Part shown: piece after piece, positions 23,495 to 32,000 of the stretch
Position numbering within the stretch: the stretch's first letter is position 1
Layout: each line of letters starts with the position of its first letter
From: Candidatus Methanoperedens sp.
GTDB lineage: Archaea > Halobacteriota > Methanosarcinia > Methanosarcinales > Methanoperedenaceae
NCBI GenBank assembly: GCA_027460535.1
Contig: JAPZAR010000005.1
Location: 1 to 32,000 of the forward strand
Reading direction: 5' to 3'
DNA length: 32,000 nucleotides
Made by a program: the position numbers and the translations under genes
The notes under the pieces: generated by a model
The model's input: the letters and a program-made list of their open reading frames with translations, nothing else
Told to the model about the DNA's origin: nothing
Database searches by the model: none

Positions 23495-26076
23495 TTAATC
23501 TCACTCAGGAGAGTTTTCCCCCCGGAAATCAGACTCATAACATTTTCCGGGTCGGAGCTATACATCCATATTATTTGGGAAACATCCCGGTAATCGCTTA
23601 TGTCATTATCTATCATATACTGCAGGACTGCCTCTCGGTTCCTTAGTTCCGTGTCCATCCTTTCCCTGCTCCACCCCCTGCTGTACATTATGTCATCAAG
23701 TATTTTCGAGGAACCTGCACTTTCAATCGTATCATGCAAGGGATTCCATGTATACAGATCCCTGATGCTGATGTTGCCGCTTGTCGTATCTATACCTACG
23801 AATTCACAGAGGGTCTCCAATCTCCTTACTCTTCTTCCACCCACATATTTCAGCACCTGTACGACCATTATATCGAGGGAGCTCAGCATCATCAGGGGAA
23901 TGTTCAAAGGCTCGTTAAGCAGCCTGTTGACTGCGGATTGTATGCTGTCTGCATGCATTGTGGAGAATGTGGTGTGCCCTGTGTTCATAGCCTGGAACAA
24001 CGCATAAGCTTCCTTACCCCTGACCTCTCCCACAACCAGGTACTCAGGGCGCTGCCTCAATGCGGAGCGAAGAAGTTCGAACATGTCAATCGGTGCAGCT
24101 TCCTGTCCCAGGAAGGTCTCCCTGACCACCCCGGGTATCCAGTTCTTGTGGAACAGGGTTATTTCTCTTGTATCCTCGATGGTAATTACCTTCGATTCTG
24201 AGGGTATAAAAAGAGATACTGCGTTCAGGGTCGTAGTCTTGCCGGACGCCGTTGCCCCCACAAATATTGCGCTCTTGTTGTTCTCAACCGCGAGCCACAG
24301 ATATGCCAAAGTTTCCTTATTGAAAGTTCCGTATTTTATGAGATCGGGGGGAGTGAAAGGCGCTTCCCTGAATTTTCTTATTGTGATAGTACCGCCCTGC
24401 GTGGTTACTTCACGTCCCAGGGTGGCCTCAAGACGCGAACCGTCCGGAAGCCTTGCGTTCAGCATTGGATACCCGGAAGAAATGGATTTGCCGCATATCT
24501 GGGCGAGTTTCATTATTGTCTCATTGAGCTCTTCCTCCTCGAAGGCGATGTTCGTCTCTATATTCGCGTATTTCCTGTGGTAGAGGTATACAGGCAAATC
24601 CGCTCCCACACAGGAGATATCCTCGATCATCGGGTCTTTTAAAAGGACATCAAGCTTATCATATCCCACATATGTTCTCTTTATGAAATACCAAATTTTC
24701 TGCAGGGATTTCATATCAAGATTGATCCCGTATATTTCCAATATTTTCGCAAAGTTGTTGTAGAGTATGATATCCTTGTTCAATTTGCCAAAATCAATCT
24801 CACAATCAAGGAGAATGGCCCTGAGGTCCTTGCTCACCCTTCCCAGGAGTTCCTCTTCAAAGGGATCAAGGACCGGCTCTGAAACGTGATATATATTCCT
24901 GCGTGTTTCCCTGTTATTGAGTATAGTAATGAGAACATAAGGTTTTAATATCCATGTCTGCTCGACCATCTCAAAATCTTTTGGCGGGATAAAACTGACG
25001 ATATCGCCGTATTTGCCTGAGTCGTATTCAGGGATTTCCCTGATTTCTTCGCCTTTGAGCCCGCTCTGTATCAATTCGCAAAAAGCCTTTATCGATCTTA
25101 CGATCTTTCCACTGCTCATTGCATGTGATTTCCTGGTCTTTTTCGAGCTCTTCTTTAAATTCCCGGAATCCTGGATATTTTCTGGTAGATTCTCAATGAT
25201 ATCGGATTGGTTCTCTGTGAAATCCGTCGTTTTGTACCTCACAATATTATCGAGCTGGTTTTCTATGTCCCGGGGCAATGCGATATCCAGGGTTTTATTC
25301 TCTATAATTTCCACAGGTTTATGTTCAAAGAATTCTCTGGTTTTATTTTCTGCGATATCCCCGAATCCATCCTCAGCAAGATCCTCGAATTTGCTATCCT
25401 GATTATCCTCTAATCTGTCCTCAACTCCATCTTCGAGTCTGTTATCCCGGACATCTTCGAATCCCATCTCGGCAAGATCCTCGAGCTTGTTATCCTGTCC
25501 ATCCTTGAATTCCTCTTCAGTGAGATCTTCGAGCTTGTTATCCTGCCCGTCCTTGAATTCCTCTTCAGTGAGATCTTCGAGCTTGTTATCCTGCCCGTCC
25601 TTGAATTCCTCTTCAGTGAGATTCTCGAGCTTGTTATCCTGCCCATCCTTGAATTCCTCTTCAGTGAGATCTTCGAGCTCGTTATCCTGCCCGTCCTTGA
25701 ATTCCTCTTCAGTGAGATCTTCGAGCTTGTTATCCTGCCCATCCTTGAATTCGTTAACCGCGAGATCTTGAAGTCTATTACTGAGTTCATACTCGAATCT
25801 GGTCCCGGAAGGATTTTTATGATTGAATTCCTTTTTTTTCCGGAGCCTGTTTTTCGTGATGTTCTGGAGTTTAATTTTCTTTATATCTTCTAATTCAAGC
25901 TCTGATGCGTCTTTAGGCTCAGGTTTCTTGATCTCTTTGGGTAATATGTAACTGAAAATATCACTTTCAATTTTCGAAGAGTTCTTGTTTTTGCCTTTTG
26001 TAGTCCGTCTGGCTTTATTTTTCGTTGTGTTTTTGGACTGGTTTTTCGTAACAGGTTTGGACTTTTTTTTGTCCAT
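23491..26076 (-). CDS. FlaI/VirB11-type secretion ATPase with a low-complexity N-terminal extension of about 330 aa
   Basis: The core carries Walker A (VGATASGKTTTLNA), Walker B (VITIEDTREI) and RQRPEYLVVGEVRGKEAYALFQAMNTGHTTFSTMHADS. The start at 26076 (MDKKKSKP..) is preferred over the ORF-track start at 26151, because the first 25 codons lie in an AT-rich promoter-like palindrome. Confidence 0.85.
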   Translation of the reverse strand: MDKKKSKPVTKNQSKNTTKNKARRTTKGKNKNSSKIESDIFSYILPKEIKKPEPKDASELELEDIKKIKLQNITKNRLRKKKEFNHKNPSGTRFEYELSNRLQDLAVNEFKDGQDNKLEDLTEEEFKDGQDNELEDLTEEEFKDGQDNKLENLTEEEFKDGQDNKLEDLTEEEFKDGQDNKLEDLTEEEFKDGQDNKLEDLAEMGFEDVRDNRLEDGVEDRLEDNQDSKFEDLAEDGFGDIAENKTREFFEHKPVEIIENKTLDIALPRDIENQLDNIVRYKTTDFTENQSDIIENLPENIQDSGNLKKSSKKTRKSHAMSSGKIVRSIKAFCELIQSGLKGEEIREIPEYDSGKYGDIVSFIPPKDFEMVEQTWILKPYVLITILNNRETRRNIYHVSEPVLDPFEEELLGRVSKDLRAILLDCEIDFGKLNKDIILYNNFAKILEIYGINLDMKSLQKIWYFIKRTYVGYDKLDVLLKDPMIEDISCVGADLPVYLYHRKYANIETNIAFEEEELNETIMKLAQICGKSISSGYPMLNARLPDGSRLEATLGREVTTQGGTITIRKFREAPFTPPDLIKYGTFNKETLAYLWLAVENNKSAIFVGATASGKTTTLNAVSLFIPSESKVITIEDTREITLFHKNWIPGVVRETFLGQEAAPIDMFELLRSALRQRPEYLVVGEVRGKEAYALFQAMNTGHTTFSTMHADSIQSAVNRLLNEPLNIPLMMLSSLDIMVVQVLKYVGGRRVRRLETLCEFVGIDTTSGNISIRDLYTWNPLHDTIESAGSSKILDDIMYSRGWSRERMDTELRNREAVLQYMIDNDISDYRDVSQIIWMYSSDPENVMSLISGGKTLLSEIK
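25477..25764 (-). repeat. In-frame tandem repeat, 6 x 48 nt, encoding (T/A)EEEFKDGQDN(K/E)LE(D/N)L
   Basis: The copies start at 25477, 25525, 25573, 25621, 25669 and 25717, with 0-4 substitutions each. Two more degenerate units occupy 25381-25476 (AEMGFEDVRDNRLEDG and VEDRLEDNQDSKFEDL). Confidence 0.95.
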
Positions 26077-26134
26077 TCCTATATTACGAACCCTCGAATC
26101 GATCATCATTCTATTTTTAAACATCAAACTATAT

Positions 26135-26151
26135 ATGATTATGCTAATCAT
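26135..26151. promoter_or_regulatory. Palindrome ATGATTA-TGC-TAATCAT in the divergent promoter region upstream of the pilus ATPase operon
   Basis: The 7-bp arms are perfect by reverse-complement check. It is adjacent to ATATAT and lies 59 nt upstream of the preferred ATPase start. Confidence 0.3.
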
Positions 26152-26293
26152 AATGTAATAAACATCGGGCCTGTGACAGAAAAGTATAGAATTATCAAAA
26201 AGTTATACTGTATAAAGAAGCTCACTACTTCGTTATTTGACGATAGCCGCTTCGTTAGTTTTATATGCTCCAACATCGTTACCCAGCATTAAC

Positions 26294-27094
26294 ATGACCG
26301 AAAATGCAGCTATTGCTTCTTCGTCGTCTGATGCTCTTTCTTCCGGTATCTCTCCCGCCATCAATGGCGGTTATCAGAGTATCAGGAACAGGCTTGCGGA
26401 AAAGATGGCTGGAGAAATAACGCTCTCAGATAACCCCGGCGAGACATTGAAAAAATGGCGCTCCGTTTTTGAGATTTCCCAATCCGACCTTGCGGCGTTC
26501 CTTAAAGTCTCACCCTCAGTTATCAGCGACTATGAAAGCGGCAGGAGGAAATCCCCAGGGATTTTCATTGTCAGCAAGATAGTTGATGCAATCCTGGATA
26601 TGGATACGGCAAAAGGCGGATCGAAGATCCGTTCATACGAAGGCATTCTCCAGGGTGGTTTTAATCAGGAAGCAATTTATGATATCCACGAGTATCTTTC
26701 GCCCATCTCGGTGGAGGAATTGACCAAACTTATCAAAGGAGAAATTGTATACGCTCCAGGCAGCGAATTCATAAAACCGTTATACGGCTACACGATAATT
26801 GACAGCTTGAAGGCGATTCTCACGCTTTCTTACAACGAATTCCAGAAATTGTACGGGTGGAGTTCTGAAAGAGCGATGGTATTCACTAATGTTTCAACAG
26901 GGAGGTCGCCGATGGTCGCACTGAGGGTGACTAACCTGAAACCCGCCCTTGTTGTGATACACGGGCTTCCGGCATCACAGGTTGATCCGATAGCAGCCAA
27001 GATCGCTGAAATAGAACGAGTACCGCTGATAAGCTCAGTCATGCCAATAAGCGATCTGATCCGTGCGCTTCAATCGCACGATATAAAACACTGA
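26294..27094 (+). CDS. Archaeal HTH (XRE-type) transcriptional regulator with a C-terminal domain of unknown function
   Basis: The HTH reads LKKWRSVFEISQSDLAAFLKVSPSVISDYESGRRKSPG. The ATG at 26294 is preferred over the TTG at 26237. Confidence 0.65.
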   Translation: MTENAAIASSSSDALSSGISPAINGGYQSIRNRLAEKMAGEITLSDNPGETLKKWRSVFEISQSDLAAFLKVSPSVISDYESGRRKSPGIFIVSKIVDAILDMDTAKGGSKIRSYEGILQGGFNQEAIYDIHEYLSPISVEELTKLIKGEIVYAPGSEFIKPLYGYTIIDSLKAILTLSYNEFQKLYGWSSERAMVFTNVSTGRSPMVALRVTNLKPALVVIHGLPASQVDPIAAKIAEIERVPLISSVMPISDLIRALQSHDIKH

Positions 27095-27135
27095 ATATTA
27101 ATAATATATAAAATTGAAAAGACTGAGGTAAAAAA

Positions 27136-28176
27136 ATGAATGTAGGGATAGTTTCATATGGAGCTTACATACCACGCTACAGGATAAAGATCGAGGAGAT
27201 AGCCAAGGTATGGGGCGATAATGCAAGCAGTATAATTGAAGGGCTTATGGTTTATGAAAAATCAGTGCCCGACATGGACGAGGATACGATCACGATAGCC
27301 GTAGAGGCTGCCCGTAATGCTGTAAACAGGGCAAACGTGGATCCCGAAAGGATAGAGGCGGTATATACAGGCTCGGAAAGCCATCCTTATGCCGTAAAAC
27401 CCACAAGCACTGTTGTGGCAGAGGCTATCGGTGCCACCCCAAATTTGACCGCTGCAGATTTTGAGTTTGCCTGCAAGGCAGGTACGGCGGCGATGCAGGC
27501 ATGTATCGGAATGGCCGAATCGGGCATGATCGATCTCGGGCTGGCCATAGGTTCAGACGTGTCACAGGGAGCTCCAGGCGATGCTCTTGAGTTCACTGCT
27601 GCCGCTGGCGGTGTAGCATTCATCATTGGAAAAAAGGACATAATAGCGAAGATAGAATCAACGTATTCATACACCACGGACACGCCTGACTTCTGGAGAA
27701 GGGAAGGTATGCCATATCCGGAGCACGGCGGGAGATTTACCGGGGAACCCGGGTATTTCAAGCATGTCACATCAGCGGCCACCGGTCTTATGGAAAAACT
27801 TGGCTCAAAGCCTTCAGATTACAATTATGCCATATTCCATCAGCCCAATGGAAAGTTCCCTGCAAAAGTTGCCAAAATGCTTGGTTTCTCAGGAGAGCAG
27901 ATCAAACCCGGCCTGGTGGTATCCCGTCTTGGGAACACATACTCTGGTTCCTGCATGATGGGACTCGCGGCTACCCTTGACATTGCTAAACCCGGGGACA
28001 GGATATTTGTTACCGCCTTTGGCTCGGGCGCAGGAAGCGACGCGTTCAGCATGACAGTCACGGATAAAATCGATGAGGTTCGAAATGGGGCGCCCAGTGT
28101 TGAAGAACTCCTGGCTAACCCTGTGTACATAAATTATGCTACATACGCGAAACATAAAGGCAAGATCAAATTATAA
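27136..28176 (+). CDS. Hydroxymethylglutaryl-CoA synthase (archaeal type)
   Basis: This 346-aa protein starts [15 protein letters not shown]. The active-site Cys context is [14 protein letters not shown] and it ends [10 protein letters not shown]. It is the first gene of the conserved HMGCS/thiolase/DUF35 trio. Confidence 0.88.
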   Translation: MNVGIVSYGAYIPRYRIKIEEIAKVWGDNASSIIEGLMVYEKSVPDMDEDTITIAVEAARNAVNRANVDPERIEAVYTGSESHPYAVKPTSTVVAEAIGATPNLTAADFEFACKAGTAAMQACIGMAESGMIDLGLAIGSDVSQGAPGDALEFTAAAGGVAFIIGKKDIIAKIESTYSYTTDTPDFWRREGMPYPEHGGRFTGEPGYFKHVTSAATGLMEKLGSKPSDYNYAIFHQPNGKFPAKVAKMLGFSGEQIKPGLVVSRLGNTYSGSCMMGLAATLDIAKPGDRIFVTAFGSGAGSDAFSMTVTDKIDEVRNGAPSVEELLANPVYINYATYAKHKGKIKL

Positions 28177-28188
28177 GGAGATGATTTC

Positions 28189-29358
28189 ATGAGGGACGTA
28201 GCAATTATCGGAGTGGGATGCACTGAATTCGGCGAGTTATGGGAAAAATCTTTCAGGGAAATTTTTGTGGAGGCTGGAATAAGTGCGATAGAGGATGCAA
28301 ATATCCAGGGCGGGAAGATCGAGGCGCTCTATGTGGGGAATATGAGCGGAGGCCGATTTATCGAGCAGGAGCACCTTGGTGCTCTGATCGCTGATTACTC
28401 AGGTCTTGCAAGCCTCCACATACCTTCGACGCGCGTGGAGGCGGCGTGTGCCTCTGGAGGACTGGCGCTGCGGCAGGGGATCATTGCCGTAGCATCGGGC
28501 TATCATGATATAGTCATAGCAGGCGGGGCCGAAAAAATGACCGATGTGGATGTCGTAACCACCACAGATGCGCTGGCAGCGGCAGCTGACAGGGAATGGG
28601 AGGGCGTGATGGGCGCGACTTTTCCAGGGCTTTATGCGATGATCGCCAAACTTCACATGCATAAATACGGGACAACCAAAGAGCAACTTGCACAGGTTGC
28701 GGTCAAGAACCACCACAACGGAACAATGAATCCGAAAGCCCAGTTCCAGAACGAGATCACTGTTGACACTGTGCTGAACTCGGTCATGGTGGCTGACCCT
28801 CTTCATGTCTTTGACTGCTCGCCTATCACGGATGGCGCCTCTGCCGTGGTCATTGCGCCTGCAGATATCGCCAAGAAGTATACAGATACGCCTGTGTACG
28901 TGAAAGCGTCGGCTCAGGCAAGCGGCACGCTGTCGCTTCACGACAGACCTGATATAACAACGATCGATGCCACCACGGCTGCAGCTAACAGGGCATATAA
29001 GATGGCAAAGATCACGTCAAAAGATATCGATTTTGCAGAAGTGCATGATTGTTTCACAATAGCAGAAATATGCGCGATCGAAGACCTCGGTTTCGTGAAA
29101 AAAGGAGAGGGCGGAAAAGCTACTGAAGAAGGCATGACCGCCATCGGAGGCAAGATACCGATAAACCCATCCGGCGGGCTGAAAGCATGCGGCCATCCAG
29201 TTGGAGCGACAGGAGTTAAGCAGGCTGTAGAAATCACATTGCAGCTGCGTGGTGATGCCGGTAAAAGGCAGATAGACGGCGCGGAAATAGGCCTTACGCA
29301 TAACGTGGGTGGTTCAGGCGGTACTGCCGTTGTTCATATATTCGGAAGGGAGAGGTAA
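28189..29358 (+). CDS. Acetyl-CoA C-acetyltransferase (thiolase)
   Basis: The nucleophile Cys context is [11 protein letters not shown]. It also carries CGHPVGATG and [11 protein letters not shown] near the C-terminus. Its length of 389 aa fits. Confidence 0.88.
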   Translation: MRDVAIIGVGCTEFGELWEKSFREIFVEAGISAIEDANIQGGKIEALYVGNMSGGRFIEQEHLGALIADYSGLASLHIPSTRVEAACASGGLALRQGIIAVASGYHDIVIAGGAEKMTDVDVVTTTDALAAAADREWEGVMGATFPGLYAMIAKLHMHKYGTTKEQLAQVAVKNHHNGTMNPKAQFQNEITVDTVLNSVMVADPLHVFDCSPITDGASAVVIAPADIAKKYTDTPVYVKASAQASGTLSLHDRPDITTIDATTAAANRAYKMAKITSKDIDFAEVHDCFTIAEICAIEDLGFVKKGEGGKATEEGMTAIGGKIPINPSGGLKACGHPVGATGVKQAVEITLQLRGDAGKRQIDGAEIGLTHNVGGSGGTAVVHIFGRER

Positions 29359-29360
29359 CA

Positions 29361-29771
29361 ATGTCGGTTCCAAGATTCTGGAGAAGGCTTAAAAACCTGT
29401 ATAATCTCATAGGCACAAGATGCCAAAAATGCGGTGTGCCCTACTATCCACCCAGGAACATGTGCCCGAAATGCAGGAGGACCGGGAAAATCGTTCCTCA
29501 CAAGTTCAGGGGCCTGGGAGAAGTGGTGACATATACCATAGTGCACAGCTCTACCAAGGATTTTGAAAAACATACCCCATACATTCTGGCAATCATCAAA
29601 CTCGAGGAAGGTCCCCAACTTACTTCACAGGTGATATGTGATCATAACGATATCCATATCGGGATGAAGGTAAAATCGGTGTTCAGAAGACTCGGGGAAG
29701 AGAGCGAGAAGGGTATGATTTATTACGGCACGAAATTCGTTCCTCTGGCAAATCCGTCAAATAAGATTTGA
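29361..29771 (+). CDS. DUF35 Zn-ribbon/OB-fold protein, scaffold subunit of the thiolase/HMG-CoA synthase complex
   Basis: It has a four-Cys zinc ribbon (CQKCGVPYYPPRNMCPKCRR) followed by an OB-fold-like region. It starts 3 nt after the thiolase stop. Confidence 0.85.
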   Translation: MSVPRFWRRLKNLYNLIGTRCQKCGVPYYPPRNMCPKCRRTGKIVPHKFRGLGEVVTYTIVHSSTKDFEKHTPYILAIIKLEEGPQLTSQVICDHNDIHIGMKVKSVFRRLGEESEKGMIYYGTKFVPLANPSNKI

Positions 29772-29836
29772 CAAATCTCGGATTCATGAAACCTGTCAAA
29801 TAAGGATTTATTCTCTCTGGATCCATTAAGAGATGA

Positions 29837-29893
29837 ATGTAACATGAAGTTACATCTATTGGGCATGAGGGTTTCTATCTTTCATTGTTTTTT
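29837..29893 (+). terminator. Hairpin (ATGTAAC-ATGAA-GTTACAT) plus T6 tract downstream of the mevalonate operon
   Basis: The 7-bp stem occupies 29837-29843 and 29849-29855. TTTTTT lies at 29888-29893. This is also where the sequence becomes AT-rich. Confidence 0.3.
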
Positions 29894-30137
29894 CTGCATT
29901 CAATTAATCATGGAGAGCACGAAATAACATAATTTCAGATGAATACTTTCGCTCCGCTTGCCAATTATTTAAGTGCCGTTATAAACTATCATTAAATTCA
30001 ATAATGGAAAGCAAAGGTATGAAAATGGATAATAACTTGATAAGAATGAAAAAAAATCATACTTCCAAGGAAAATCTATATTCATCTATAGTGACGATAT
30101 AAGCTAGCGAATAAGACGAGGGTAGCAGAAGGCAATT

Positions 30138-31094
30138 ATGAAATTGATAGAGGATGAATTTCAAACATATCATAAAGTTATTTTAGGTGATACGTTACAG
30201 AATTTAAAGAAATTTGAAGATGATAAATTTGACTTAATTATAACATCTCCTCCATATAATGTTGGAAAAGAATATGAAGTAAAAAAATCTATCGAAAAAT
30301 ATTTAGAAGAACAAGATGAAGTAATTGAAGAATTAATTAGACTAACTTCGCCTAAAGGTAGCATTTGCTGGCAAATAGGTAATTATGTAAATAAAGGAGA
30401 AGTTTTTCCTTTAGATATTTTCTATTATCAAATTTTTAAAAAACATGGATTAAAACTGAGAAATAGAATTATTTGGCATTTTGGTCATGGATTACATGCA
30501 TCGAATAGATTTTCAGGACGCTATGAAACAATTTTATGGTTTACGAAATCTGATGATTATAGTTTTAATTTAGATAATGTGAGAATCCCTGCCAAGTATC
30601 CTGGAAAAAGATATTTTAAGGGACCTAAAAAGGGGCAAATATCAGGAAACCCCAAAGGCAAAAATCCATCCGATATATGGGAAATAGTAATTGAAGATTG
30701 GGAAAATGAACTATGGAATATTCCAAATGTAAAATCAAATCATCCTGAAAAGACAGATCATCCTTGTCAATATCCTGTTGAACTTGTTGAAAGATGTATT
30801 TTGGCTCTTACCAATGAAAAGGAGAGTTGGGTTTTAGATCCATACGCGGGTGTAGGTTCTACTTTAATAGCTGCAATAAAAAATAAGAGAAATGTAATAG
30901 GTATTGAAAAAGAAGAAAAATATGTAAATATCGCCAAAGAAAGAATAAATAAATTATTAAATGGAACCTTGAAAGTCAGACCCATTAATAAACCGATACA
31001 TACTCCATCACCAAAAGATAAAGTAGCACAAATTCCTTTAGAATGGTTACATGGTAATATAAATGAAAATAGCTCAGAAGTATTCACATCTTAA
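30138..31094 (+). CDS. Beta-class DNA methyltransferase (N4-cytosine or N6-adenine) of a type II R-M system
   Basis: Motif IV (IITSPPYNVG) is near the N-terminus. Motif I (LDPYAGVGSTLIAA) is near the C-terminus, the beta-class order. SPPY rather than DPPY favours N4-cytosine specificity. Confidence 0.85.
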   Translation: MKLIEDEFQTYHKVILGDTLQNLKKFEDDKFDLIITSPPYNVGKEYEVKKSIEKYLEEQDEVIEELIRLTSPKGSICWQIGNYVNKGEVFPLDIFYYQIFKKHGLKLRNRIIWHFGHGLHASNRFSGRYETILWFTKSDDYSFNLDNVRIPAKYPGKRYFKGPKKGQISGNPKGKNPSDIWEIVIEDWENELWNIPNVKSNHPEKTDHPCQYPVELVERCILALTNEKESWVLDPYAGVGSTLIAAIKNKRNVIGIEKEEKYVNIAKERINKLLNGTLKVRPINKPIHTPSPKDKVAQIPLEWLHGNINENSSEVFTS

Positions 31095-31677
31095 TGGCGA
31101 AGAATATTTGATTGTTCATCATAAAAATTTGTATGATGAAATAGTTGAAATAATCACTAACATAGATGCTAGCAGATTAAAAAATAAAATAAGCAAGGAA
31201 AAGACCAAAAAAGGAAAATCGCTTTACAGTCCAAGAAATATTAATAAGGAATTTGAAGAGAAGTTTAGACCAAAAAATTGGAAAGAAAGCAGATACCAAT
31301 ATTATATTACATTAGATAGAAAATTAATGGAAGAAAGCATTTCCATACCTTATAACGAACAGAAAGAGTTTTTAATGACGCATGGAGAGAAGAATCCAAT
31401 TTTTTCTTACAATCAGACAGATTTTGTCAAAGATAAAATTGCTGTAGAAGTACAATTTGGAAAATATCCATTTGTCGCCTATGATCTATTTGTCAAACAT
31501 ATGCTCTTTTATTCAGGTGGTGTGATTAATTTGGGGATTGAAATATTGCCTACTAAGCTAATGCAGTCTGAAATGTCATCAGGAGTGGCGTATTATGAAG
31601 GGGAAGTATATCACGTATTAAGACACGGTAGAAATAATCCGCCGGTTCCATTGTTGATTTTAGGTGTTGAACCTTGA
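31063..31677 (+). CDS. Type II restriction endonuclease, BglII/BstYI family
   Basis: DFVKDKIAVEVQFGKYPFVAYDLF matches my recollection of the BglII catalytic core (D..x..EVQF..YPF). The later IEILP..SSGVAYYE..PVPLLILG also parallels BglII. It is 204 aa and overlaps the methyltransferase gene by 32 nt. Confidence 0.65.
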   Translation: MKIAQKYSHLNGEEYLIVHHKNLYDEIVEIITNIDASRLKNKISKEKTKKGKSLYSPRNINKEFEEKFRPKNWKESRYQYYITLDRKLMEESISIPYNEQKEFLMTHGEKNPIFSYNQTDFVKDKIAVEVQFGKYPFVAYDLFVKHMLFYSGGVINLGIEILPTKLMQSEMSSGVAYYEGEVYHVLRHGRNNPPVPLLILGVEP

Positions 31678-32000
31678 TCTGAAAAGATACATATCTTTGA
31701 TACCCTGAAAATTTATCTCAATATGTGCCCGTGCTAAACGATAAGTTATTTACTTAGGAATATTGTTATTGAGTTAAATACAAAATGGCAATAAATAACA
31801 TGAATTATTATAAAATAGGCGTATATTTAGATTGTAAATTAATAGATAAAGCGAATAAAAAATATAAGCGCTCCTTTTTATAACTTTATAAAAGTCCATT
31901 ACATACTAAAGAATAGTTTATTAACATTATACAGGATAGAGAATATTGGTTGAAATGAATAATCTGTCTCATAAGTCTTCTACAGTCGATGAACTGGCTG

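Noticed and set aside
25410-25790. ORF-track entries on both strands across the 48-nt repeat (25410-25790 minus, 126 aa; 25487-25771 plus, 94 aa) with repetitive Ser/Arg-rich translations. I also considered reading the repeat as a CRISPR array.
   Set aside because: They are alternative frames of the in-frame acidic repeat inside the FlaI-like ATPase gene. The units abut one another with no spacers, so this is not a CRISPR array.
16667-26272. A shared 9-mer GTTTTATAT near both outer edges of the pilus locus (about 16670 and about 26260), considered as possible att-like direct repeats.
   Set aside because: A 9-nt AT-rich match is expected by chance in this sequence. No integrase is present, and the pilus locus shows no clear G+C shift relative to its flanks.
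31965-32000. A possible gene start (ATGAATAATCTGTCTCATAAG..) running off the right edge of the window.
   Set aside because: Only 12 codons are visible, so neither coding status nor product can be supported.

Overview
This window looks archaeal, probably from a Methanosarcinales-like euryarchaeon. Supporting signs are an archaeal-type SRP RNA, class III (prepilin-like) signal peptides, the thiolase/HMG-CoA synthase/DUF35 trio, and TATA boxes about 25 nt upstream of start codons.

Contents from left to right:
- the 3' part of an S-layer-type surface protein;
- a head-to-head pair of DUF72 genes, one with a C-terminal SWIM-like zinc finger;
- a decayed VapBC-like toxin-antitoxin module;
- a degenerate copy of the 3' half of tRNA-Ser(GCU) about 480 nt from the intact gene, which looks like an integration scar;
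- tRNA-Ser, SRP (7S) RNA and tRNA-Pro(GGG), all on the minus strand;
- a signalling supercluster of about 10.6 kb (6090-16713). It holds three KaiC/RecA-fold paralogues (only the middle one keeps catalytic motifs), three PAS histidine kinases, four closely related stand-alone receivers and one receiver-PAS protein. No DNA-binding output is present;
- a type IV pilus-like locus of about 9.4 kb (16725-26076). It holds a 1055-aa putative adhesin, three pilin-like genes, a FlaJ/TadC-like membrane protein and a FlaI-like ATPase;
- an HTH regulator followed by the mevalonate-entry operon;
- an AT-rich island with a BglII/BstYI-family type II restriction-modification pair.

Most worth a second look:
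- the adhesin, whose class III signal peptide sits in a separate 43-codon ORF one frame off;
- the pilus ATPase, which carries a basic N-terminal segment and a 6 x 48-nt acidic tandem repeat;
- the KaiC triad with graded motif loss, at the head of an output-less phosphorelay next to the pilus genes;
- the third kinase, whose conserved C-terminal strand is replaced exactly where the pilus locus begins.

I saw no CRISPR array, rRNA, integrase or transposase. All product calls rest on motif recognition by eye, not on database searches.
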